A stretch of 64,000 nt of DNA from a virus (lineage: Duplodnaviria; Caudoviricetes): the IMG/VR virus record IMGVR_UViG_2687453341_000003, positions 32,001-96,000 of that record; one strand, written 5' to 3'. How positions within the stretch are numbered: the first letter of the stretch is position 1; the number at the start of each line of letters is the position of its first letter. The notes beneath the pieces are model-generated. The model was not told the DNA's origin. It searched no databases and was given only the letters and a program-made list of their open reading frames with translations. Both the position numbers and the translations under genes were made by a program. Below are positions 9,608 through 17,447 of this stretch, piece after piece.

Positions 9608-10201
9608 GTGATCAAGATGAAGAAGGCAGACGTAAAGATCGGCGGCAAGTATTACGCGAATGTTTCCGGCAACCGTTGTGAAATCCGAATTGATGCTGAG
9701 AAACCGCGTGGCGGATGGGATGCCACGAATCTGGCCACAGGCAAGAAGATTCTTATCAAAAGCGCACAGCGTCTTCATGGGGAGGTGACGACGCGAGCCG
9801 GCCAAGCCAAGGTGACCACCGAGGGAAATGTCACCGTGGTCGAGAATGAGCCGGCAACTGTCGAATCGTTCGGGGAGTCCGCGACCAAGGTGGCCGTTCT
9901 TAAGAAGCCTCGTAAAACCAAACCTGCTGCAAACGAATCGGCGGCGGCCGAAACAGCGGCGACTGGGAAAAAACGAATGAGCTGCATCGAAGCGGCATTG
10001 AAGGTCCTCTCCGAATCCACAGAACCCATGAACACGCAACAGATGATTGCTGCCATGGAAGCGAAGGGGTACTGGTCGAGCCCGGGTGGAAAAACTCCCC
10101 ACGCGACCCTCTACAGCGTGATCCTTCGCGACTTGGCCAAAGGCGATTCGAGCCGGTTTGTAAAAGCCGAGCGCGGACGCTTTACAGTCTCCACCAAATA
10201 A
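9608..10201 (+). CDS. Protein with C-terminal HARE-HTH (winged helix) domain
   Basis: SCIEAALKVL...PMNTQQMI...GKTPHATLYSVILRDL...FVKAERGRF. Confidence 0.8.
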   Translation: MIKMKKADVKIGGKYYANVSGNRCEIRIDAEKPRGGWDATNLATGKKILIKSAQRLHGEVTTRAGQAKVTTEGNVTVVENEPATVESFGESATKVAVLKKPRKTKPAANESAAAETAATGKKRMSCIEAALKVLSESTEPMNTQQMIAAMEAKGYWSSPGGKTPHATLYSVILRDLAKGDSSRFVKAERGRFTVSTK

Positions 10202-10219
10202 GCCGAAGGCGATGCAATC

Positions 10220-10771
10220 ATGCGAATTCGATTGAAGAGTGGCGACCGCATACGGTTGGTCTCGATGCCTGATGATCCCGATCCAATCCCGGTCGGGATG
10301 CTTGGAACCGTCACCGAGGTTCATGAGCATCGAGACTGGATGCAGGTTGAGGTGGATTGGGACAACGGCCGCTCCCTGATGCTGACCCTTCCCGATGACT
10401 GTATTGAGATCATCGATTCCCAGAACTCCGAATCCTGTAGGGACCACACCATGTCGACGCGAGCAACGATTGCCCATTCCGATAGCGATGGGAGCTACCA
10501 CGCTACCTACCTGCATTTCGATGGATATCCGGAACATGCAGGGGTGATTCTCAACCAATGGTACAACTCCATCGAGAAGGCCTCGGCGTTGATCGCCGGA
10601 GGAGAACTGCGAAGTTTGAACTCGAGCGATGGGGCACCCGAGTATTTCTCTCGGGCACAACCCCCAAAGCATCTCTGCGACCGGATGTCGCTCATGACGT
10701 TTGCACGCGGCTGCGATGCGAACTACCTTTACGTCTTCGAAGACGGGCATTGGCACTGCCACAAGCTTTAG
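10220..10771 (+). CDS. DUF4314-like domain fused to a YxHxDGYP-type phage domain
   Basis: GDRIRLVSMPDDPDPIPVGMLGTV and VDWDNGRSLML, then MSTRATIA...YLHFDGYP from the internal ATG at 10451. Confidence 0.75.
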   Translation: MRIRLKSGDRIRLVSMPDDPDPIPVGMLGTVTEVHEHRDWMQVEVDWDNGRSLMLTLPDDCIEIIDSQNSESCRDHTMSTRATIAHSDSDGSYHATYLHFDGYPEHAGVILNQWYNSIEKASALIAGGELRSLNSSDGAPEYFSRAQPPKHLCDRMSLMTFARGCDANYLYVFEDGHWHCHKL

Positions 10772-10774
10772 CTC

Positions 10775-12166
10775 TTACTTGGCGTCCGCAGCACGCATCG
10801 GAATCGGAGACTCGCCGGTCCGCTCCAAGATCGCCGGCTTGCCAGTGAATCGCTGGTAGCGATCAACGATGACGTCGGCGTAGAGGCAATCGAGTTCCAT
10901 CAAAAAGGCATTGCGACCGCATTGCTCGGCGCCGATCAAGGTCGAGCCGCTACCACCGAAGAGATCAAGCACATTCTCGCCAGGGAGCGACGAATACTGC
11001 ATGGCTCGTATCGCAAGCTCCACAGGCTTTTCGGTGAGGTGGATCATTGATTGCGGATTGACCTTCTTTACTTGCCACAGATCGGTTGCATTGTTGGGCC
11101 CGTAGTACTTATGCCCCGCCCCTTCCTTCCATCCGTAGAACGCCCATTCATGCGCGCCCATGAAGTCTTTGCGTGTCAAAACAGGATGCTGCTTGTCCCA
11201 AATGATCGATTGGGAGAAATACAAACCATGCTTAGCAAGGAACGGAGGGTAGTTGCCACAGTTGGCGTAGCCTCCCCAGATGTAGAAGCACCGGCCAGGC
11301 AACAGAACGCGTGCGATATTCCCAAACCACGCATCGAGCAATCGATCGAACTCGTTGTCGCTAACAAAGTCGTTCGCGAGGGGGCGATCCTTAGGCCGGA
11401 GCTTCTTATGCGTTGCAGCGTGCTTTGGTTTCCCCGTCTCATGATCGACACCAAAGGAAGCAGCGTTCCCTTGCCCTTGCTTAAGTTTCCCCGACGCAGC
11501 GTCGTTGGTGAACGAGGATAGGCCGGCCGCGATCGCGTTGTTCGATCGTGGTTCCACTTTGACATTGTACGGAGGGTCAGTGTTGCAAAGATGAATCGCA
11601 TTGCCGGCCAATAAGCGATCTAGATCCGCAGGACTCGAAGAATCCCCACAGAGCAAACGATGATTTCCGAGGATCCAAAGATCCCCTGGCTTAGTGATCG
11701 CAGCATCTGGAGGTTCCGGGATTTCGTCCGGGTCGGTCAAGCCTTCGTTGACTCCGGTATCCATCAGCTTCGCAAGTTCCTCCGCGTTAAACCCAAGCAG
11801 CCCGAGGTCGTAGTTTGCTTCCTGCAATGCCGACAATTCGATCGGCAACAGATCGTAATTCCATTCCGCGATCTCAGCGGTCTTGTTATCTGCGATGCGG
11901 TAGGCTCGGACTTGCTCAGGCGACAGGTGCGCCGCTACAACAACGGGCACTCGCTCGAGTCCGAGCTTCTGCGCGGCTTTCAATCTTGTATGCCCGACGA
12001 TGATGACACTATCACTATCGACAACGATTGGCTGTGAGAAGCCATACTCCTTAATCGAAGCAGCGACGGCGTCAACGGCTTTATCGTTGTTGCGGGGGTT
12101 GTTTTCGTAGGGACGAACGCGATCGAGGGTCCACATTTCAATCTGCAATGCATTGATGGTTGACAT
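10775..12166 (-). CDS. ParB-N domain plus N6/N4 DNA methyltransferase
   Basis: PYENNPR, IIVGHTRLKAA, HRLLCGDS, catalytic DPPY, HLTEKPVEL, SAM motif VLDLFGGSGST. Confidence 0.93.
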   Translation of the reverse strand: MSTINALQIEMWTLDRVRPYENNPRNNDKAVDAVAASIKEYGFSQPIVVDSDSVIIVGHTRLKAAQKLGLERVPVVVAAHLSPEQVRAYRIADNKTAEIAEWNYDLLPIELSALQEANYDLGLLGFNAEELAKLMDTGVNEGLTDPDEIPEPPDAAITKPGDLWILGNHRLLCGDSSSPADLDRLLAGNAIHLCNTDPPYNVKVEPRSNNAIAAGLSSFTNDAASGKLKQGQGNAASFGVDHETGKPKHAATHKKLRPKDRPLANDFVSDNEFDRLLDAWFGNIARVLLPGRCFYIWGGYANCGNYPPFLAKHGLYFSQSIIWDKQHPVLTRKDFMGAHEWAFYGWKEGAGHKYYGPNNATDLWQVKKVNPQSMIHLTEKPVELAIRAMQYSSLPGENVLDLFGGSGSTLIGAEQCGRNAFLMELDCLYADVIVDRYQRFTGKPAILERTGESPIPMRAADAK

Positions 12167-12224
12167 ACTGGTATCCTTCCGTGATGGACTCGTGTTGGAA
12201 ATAGATCTCTAATCTTTGGTGGAA

Positions 12225-12455
12225 TTACTTGGCGTTGATGGGCTCGGGCTTCGCTTTCAACGCGTTGACGTTCACGTTTCTCGACGCCTTGCTTCGTACT
12301 TTTCGAAGCGCACGTTTCAACGCTTCATCCCAGGTTGTTGGCTGGGGCTCTGATGGCTTCGAATCCACCTCGCCCGCTTCGCGTTTTGCAATCGAGCGTC
12401 TGGCTGCTGCATTGAATCGCTTCAATTTCCGGCGCATAGATGTGCCGAAATCCAT
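12225..12455 (-). CDS. Small basic hypothetical protein
   Basis: AAGGAG RBS before ATG 12455. Confidence 0.55.
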   Translation of the reverse strand: MDFGTSMRRKLKRFNAAARRSIAKREAGEVDSKPSEPQPTTWDEALKRALRKVRSKASRNVNVNALKAKPEPINAK

Positions 12456-12536
12456 GAAAATCTCCTTGTAAAAATGGGGCGGAAGTCGCCCGGACCCAAA
12501 AAACAAACTCTGTCTAGTAAGGCTCCTGTTCCCGCG

Positions 12537-12570
12537 GCCCTAGAACGCGTTTTAGGGCGGGGTAGGACCC
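12537..12570 (-). other. Candidate cos/packaging site
   Basis: GGGTCCT (lambda cosQ heptamer) at 12570-12564, followed by the near-perfect dyad GCCCTAAAACGCGTTCTAGGGC; upstream of the MTase-terminase genes. Confidence 0.45.
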
Positions 12571-12742
12571 ATTACTATTCGTTGCACCGAAGCTGCTGAG
12601 TGCCACTTTGGCAGACGCAACGTGGGGGCCACTGTTGGCCCACTGACGCGTTCTCCGGTTGGTTTGGCGTTCCATACGAATGCGGTGCTTCGGTTGCGAC
12701 GTGCGCTAACGTGTGCGATTCGTTGCGATTGCGCTTGGTTAC

Positions 12743-13213
12743 TCATGAGTAGTCTCGGATGATATTGCCTGCTGCCTTCCAGAGTTCGTTTGCATTCGTT
12801 GGCGTCCAGTTGCGAACGTTCTCGGCACCACCACCGGCGCCATGCCCCATTTCCCAATAGGTCACATCGGGATTGATTCCGAATGCGGCTGATGCGTCGG
12901 CAGGAATCGTTTCCTCATCGCCGTTTGGCTTGTTACTAGCGCCAAAGGAGAAGTCCATGCAGCGCCGGCCAGCAAACGCTGCAACTTCGTCAAAGGGTTG
13001 CACGTCGATCAAAAGCACATGGGTGTCAGGGCACTCGGAGTGCCCGCATGGAAACTCCACACGGAAGCTTGGCGTCCAACCAACGAGGTCAAACGGCTCA
13101 TAGTCCCACTTCCATTTCGCTTGATCGAAGAAGCACGCCCATTGCGCTTCCAAACGGGAACGGAACTGGACGCCGTTGTAGAAGGTGGACCGAGACTCAA
13201 ATGCGTGATTCAT
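12743..13213 (-). CDS. Phage protein, PD-(D/E)XK nuclease-like
   Basis: YNGVQFRSRLEAQWACFFD...WDYEP motif; catalytic residues look degenerate (WTPSF, LIDVQP). Confidence 0.7.
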   Translation of the reverse strand: MNHAFESRSTFYNGVQFRSRLEAQWACFFDQAKWKWDYEPFDLVGWTPSFRVEFPCGHSECPDTHVLLIDVQPFDEVAAFAGRRCMDFSFGASNKPNGDEETIPADASAAFGINPDVTYWEMGHGAGGGAENVRNWTPTNANELWKAAGNIIRDYS

Positions 13214-13269
13214 ATCGCGGGTACCTTTCGATTTTGGGGTGACTGAGAAATGTGGTTTGAGGCATTCCC

Positions 13270-13607
13270 GGACGTCCGGACGTTTAGGACGTGTTTCCCT
13301 ATACGATCTACATACGGGAAAATACACATACGTTTACCCGTCCAATAACTAACTCCTGACAAACGTCCGGAACGTCCGGAACGTCCTAAACCGCCAATGA
13401 AAATGCTGGGTAAAACGTTAGGACGTTTCGAAATCTTTATGTCCGGGAAATGTCCTAAACGTCCGGAAGTGGACACTGAGCCTCGCATGTGGGAGCAGCG
13501 AAAGTGATCGAACGCCGAACTGCTATCAGCGATTGTGATACTGATCATGAAAACAGCTCCATTTCCCGGACGTTCCCGGACGTTTGATTTTCAACGTCCG
13601 GAAGTCC
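13270..13607. repeat. Iteron-like ACGTCC/GGACGT repeats; candidate replication origin
   Basis: About a dozen copies in both orientations, often 8-10 bp apart (for example 13363, 13372, 13381), at the 3' end of the primase gene. Confidence 0.7.
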
Positions 13608-16214
13608 TAAGCGGTCATTGTGGGCCGACTCAACGAAGACCTGGTACTGGTTGTATTGGCCGTTGAACGAGCGCTTGAATACCGCGAAGGTGCCGTCATC
13701 AAGCTTGAAACGCTCGCCAACGAATCGCCCTGCCAGCTTGCCCATGCGTGTGGTCTGAGAGCGAGGAGTCCCGTCACCGAGTTCGGATTGCAGCACAAAG
13801 TGCTTGTTTGCGAGGTCGGTTAACTCAGACGAAGACCAGATCCCCTGTGGATGATGCGCAAGCGCCGTAACGAGCTCTTCGAACTCGCGGCGCGTCTCAT
13901 CCATTTCACTGGCGGCATCTTCGGCATTGGTCATGAAGTCCGGTTCACCATTGGCTTCAAGAATTCCACCGATGATGTTGCCCCAGCCCTTCTTGTTGAA
14001 TCGAGTTTGGATCTTGGCTAGAGGCATGCCACTGGCTTTCCAGCGTTCGACCATGTTTACCAGCTCACCGAGCAGTTGCAGCCGATGCGTTTGAACGTAT
14101 GCCTCGGGATCATCCATCGAGAATGAACGCCTAGATGGGTCGCCCTCGTATTCCAGGTTGATAACAACGCAGCGAGTGATAAGGTCGCGACTCACATCAG
14201 GCGAGTTGGCGGTGATGCAGAATAGATGCGAGTTCTCAGCGCGAATCTCTTGCGAGAATCCTAGCAGACGAAAGGACAGAATCGGATCGGTGATGGATCG
14301 CTCGAGGCAGGCGGAGTCGATCTTTGGATTGCGGCCGCGTGCCTTCGCGTTGTCGATGATGATAGTCGTTACACCACGTCTGACAATCGTTCCCAGTCGC
14401 TTCTCGAACTCTTCGTCGTTCGCGTTATAGGATGCAGTCTCCACATGATGGCCATCCCGGAGGATTGCCAGAATCTGTGCAAGAACCGATTTGCCTAGCT
14501 CGGGTTGATTCCCGTTGAACAGTACAGCAGGCTTAGAACCGATGAAGCGTGAGACTAGCAGCCCCGTTAGCAGGATACCTATGTAATTAGTGCGATCGGC
14601 CGGCTTCCGCCAACAGAAGTCTCGCAGCAATGCGTCGAGATGCTTGGTCCCCTCAACGGGCTCGATGTTAGGACCAGCATAAAAGAAACCAGTCTGGGGA
14701 TCGAAACCAGGACTGACCAATCGCCAATCCTCTGTGTAGATCGGATTGTGGCTAAACAGCCGGATGGCTGGAAGGCGTTCTCTTTGCCCCACATTGTTGA
14801 GCCAGGTGTTCGCATACGAGGATGGGAGCGGCTTGTACTCACCCCCATCGTCATTCACGAAATAGAACTCGACATGCTGGTTGAGTAGACCTGTCAATTC
14901 CGCCGAGGAGAGAACCGGCGAGATCGATTGCTCCCTCACCACGACCATTTGTTCCACCCGATTGAAACAGGAGCCGGTGGCAAGTAGTCGGTCGGTGATC
15001 TGGTCCATGGTCGTGGCAACAGGCGTTGATCGCGAGTCGATCGTAATGGTTCGTCGTTCTTCGGACTCATCTGCCTGCTGGCCATCCGTTGGCGCAGCTA
15101 CTGTAGGACTTTCCTTTGGCAAACGCTTTTGCAAGCGATCGCACAACGTAGCCCGCACATCGTACTCGCCACTTTCCCAGGTTAAGTCGAAGTAGCGGCG
15201 ACCTTGCTCTGCGAACTTACCCACCGATTGCAGTCGATGCCAAACCTCATCCTTCTCGATCCCGTTTCGAATCGCATAGCAGCAGACTGCGAAGTCAGCC
15301 TCGGAACGTGCACCATCGGGAGCGATCGCACAAGCCGCAATCAACTCCGAGAGCTTGTCCGATTTTCCAGCCGATAGTTTGCGAACAGATGGCAAGGGCA
15401 TCGCCTCGATCTGCCGCCGGCGCTTGGTAGATTCGCTCGTCTTTGCAAACTTCTGAAATGCCTCGAGGGAATACCGCCTGGTTCCATCACATTCGATTAA
15501 TTCTGCTTTGCCCGGTGCGCGACCATTACGTTGATCTTTGCGATTCAATGTGCCAGGAAGCCGGAGCAACCGAGTGAGGTCCGTTGTATGATCGGCGCTG
15601 ATGGCAGACGCGATGCCAGTTAAAAGGTCTTGGGCCTGAAGTGCTTTCGGGCTTGTTTTGGTCAAATGATGGCGTTGATCCACAAAAACACGATCATTAC
15701 CATCCAGCATGTATCGTCTCGGCTTCTTTCGCCCATCGCTGCCGAGAGCCCATTCCGTTTCAATGGGAGGCGGATCGCCCGCGTCGTCGATTAGGAATGG
15801 GCGATCCAGCAGCCAGTAAAGATGCACACCGTTCCCACTGCTAACGATCGCCGTAGGTGTAGGCATCGACTGCGATGCGCATCGTTCAAGGGACTGTGCA
15901 ACGGTGCATCCATCAATATCGGCCCACAGGCATCGAATAACGCGAATCTGCCAAGCGAGGTCGAATCGCCCTTTGTTTCCTACTCGGGGGCAGACTCCGA
16001 AAAACAAGTTCGTGCGCTCCGACTCGGAACTTGCTTCCAATCGAGCCAGTGTTTGTTCAAGAGTCGTCGCCTTGGCGGGCCGATAGCAAACATTGCGATA
16101 ATCGACGCGGCTACGTTTTCGTCCACTTTCATTCCAAGTCTCCACGGGACGAAAGAGGATGAGATCGGACGGATCATACAATGTTGTCAATAAGGTGATC
16201 GCTGGATGAGTCAA
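13545..16214 (-). CDS. RepB-type primase with C-terminal P-loop helicase-like domain
   Basis: LFFGVCPR, LWADID, VSSGNGVHLYWLL, DLTRLLRLPGTLN; GNQPELGKS, IIIDN. Confidence 0.85.
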   Translation of the reverse strand: MTHPAITLLTTLYDPSDLILFRPVETWNESGRKRSRVDYRNVCYRPAKATTLEQTLARLEASSESERTNLFFGVCPRVGNKGRFDLAWQIRVIRCLWADIDGCTVAQSLERCASQSMPTPTAIVSSGNGVHLYWLLDRPFLIDDAGDPPPIETEWALGSDGRKKPRRYMLDGNDRVFVDQRHHLTKTSPKALQAQDLLTGIASAISADHTTDLTRLLRLPGTLNRKDQRNGRAPGKAELIECDGTRRYSLEAFQKFAKTSESTKRRRQIEAMPLPSVRKLSAGKSDKLSELIAACAIAPDGARSEADFAVCCYAIRNGIEKDEVWHRLQSVGKFAEQGRRYFDLTWESGEYDVRATLCDRLQKRLPKESPTVAAPTDGQQADESEERRTITIDSRSTPVATTMDQITDRLLATGSCFNRVEQMVVVREQSISPVLSSAELTGLLNQHVEFYFVNDDGGEYKPLPSSYANTWLNNVGQRERLPAIRLFSHNPIYTEDWRLVSPGFDPQTGFFYAGPNIEPVEGTKHLDALLRDFCWRKPADRTNYIGILLTGLLVSRFIGSKPAVLFNGNQPELGKSVLAQILAILRDGHHVETASYNANDEEFEKRLGTIVRRGVTTIIIDNAKARGRNPKIDSACLERSITDPILSFRLLGFSQEIRAENSHLFCITANSPDVSRDLITRCVVINLEYEGDPSRRSFSMDDPEAYVQTHRLQLLGELVNMVERWKASGMPLAKIQTRFNKKGWGNIIGGILEANGEPDFMTNAEDAASEMDETRREFEELVTALAHHPQGIWSSSELTDLANKHFVLQSELGDGTPRSQTTRMGKLAGRFVGERFKLDDGTFAVFKRSFNGQYNQYQVFVESAHNDRLGLPDVENQTSGNVREMELFS

Positions 16215-16480
16215 GCTGCGCCACCCTTATTTGCTTGGTCGCTGGCTGGTACCCTTACTCCCATCGATTTCAAGACTCGCAACCCATGGTCCGTTTCACA
16301 AAACCGAACCACAGGCTCGTTCTCATCTGATAGTGATGCAAGCTGAGCCCAGCTAACGCTTTTCCATTTGCGACAGCGGTATGCACGAATGGCAATCCCA
16401 GAATCATCGAAACGAACAACAAGGTTTAGACTTGGGAAATGCCGGACGATTGGGCGACTGAAACGGGTGAGTTGCGACAT
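16211..16480 (-). CDS. Hypothetical protein
   Basis: 89 aa; ATGA-coupled to the primase gene. Confidence 0.7.
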   Translation of the reverse strand: MSQLTRFSRPIVRHFPSLNLVVRFDDSGIAIRAYRCRKWKSVSWAQLASLSDENEPVVRFCETDHGLRVLKSMGVRVPASDQANKGGAA

Positions 16481-16482
16481 GG

Positions 16483-16866
16483 CTAGGCGATCTCCATGCT
16501 GGGAGAAAGCGATTGCGACGTCTCATCGCTGAGTTGAACCCTGATTGTGCCGCTCTTCTGCGCTTCGTGCTTGATCGAGAGTAACCAGACAACTTGCGAG
16601 TCATCCCAGAAAGCGCCGGCATGTTGTAACGCATCGAGTACAGATTTTTGTACGTTATCTGCGTCGCGCCGACGATCATCCGGCGGGGTTATGTCGATAC
16701 GAATCGCTAGCGGTCCCATCAAAGGTTTGATACCAGCGGCGATCGCCATTCGTCGAACCTGATGACGATAGGTCCTCGCATCCTTTGAAAGCACGGGACG
16801 TCCTTGGTAGTAGCTGAAGTAATGATTTATCGACGGTGGGTAAGGGAGTGTGAGCTCGGTAACCAT
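16483..16866 (-). CDS. rusA: RusA-family Holliday junction resolvase
   Basis: LPYPPSINHY, PPDDRRRDADNVQKSVLDAL, DDSQV. Confidence 0.92.
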   Translation of the reverse strand: MVTELTLPYPPSINHYFSYYQGRPVLSKDARTYRHQVRRMAIAAGIKPLMGPLAIRIDITPPDDRRRDADNVQKSVLDALQHAGAFWDDSQVVWLLSIKHEAQKSGTIRVQLSDETSQSLSPSMEIA

Positions 16867-16890
16867 CCCTGCTTCCTTTTGCTGAAATAG

Positions 16891-16952
16891 AAAAAGCTGG
16901 AACGGAGCGAATGGCCGATTAGCAACGACTCATTCGCTTTGCCCGTCCCAGC
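16891..16952 (-). terminator. Long hairpin plus U-tract
   Basis: Minus strand GCTGGGACGG..AGCGAATG / CATTCGCT-CCGTTCCAGC-TTTTT. Confidence 0.55.
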
Positions 16953-16982
16953 CGCACCCGTGCGAACTCAAGCCGCTTGTGA

Positions 16983-17447
16983 TCAGAACGGTATATCCCC
17001 TGATGATGGGACTTCACCGCTTGATGCCGCAGCAAGACGAATGCGTCGATTGAAGTAGACGTTGGTGTAGTCACCACGAGTCCGCTTCGTGACTTCCAAG
17101 GTCACATCGAGCAGTTCTTCGAGTCGCCCAGACAATTCGCTGAATTTGGAAAGTTCGATCCCCAGCGTTTTTAGGTCTCCCTTTACATAGGGAATCGACG
17201 CTTGGGTGATGACCGAGTTCTTGAAGATGTGGCGGCCGGCCTGGGAGCCAGACATCACTTCCAAATCGAACTTAATCATCGGATCGCCCTTCTGACTTGA
17301 CTCAAGCTTCACCGACTCGATGCGAGCTTGATACTTGCCATCGGGGACTTCGTCGTACTCCGGTGCCTCCGCAGTTTCGAACTCTTCATCGAACGACGAC
17401 AAATCGACCGAGGGATTGTTGGGTTCGTATTCTTCGTAATCGCTCAT
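16983..17447 (-). CDS. DUF669-like phage ssDNA-binding protein
   Basis: VPDGKYQARI, SQKGDPMIK, acidic DIPF C-terminus; follows an AAA_24 gene. Confidence 0.8.
   Translation of the reverse strand: MSDYEEYEPNNPSVDLSSFDEEFETAEAPEYDEVPDGKYQARIESVKLESSQKGDPMIKFDLEVMSGSQAGRHIFKNSVITQASIPYVKGDLKTLGIELSKFSELSGRLEELLDVTLEVTKRTRGDYTNVYFNRRIRLAAASSGEVPSSGDIPF

Larger units (their letters stand above)
6752..10774 (-). other. 4-kb stop-free antisense reading frame (1336 aa from GTG 10762); translation unproven
   Basis: ORF track. In frame with and directly after the MTase TAA; ends in an ATGA overlap with the gene at 6755; codon-for-codon antisense to seven + strand genes. Confidence 0.35.
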
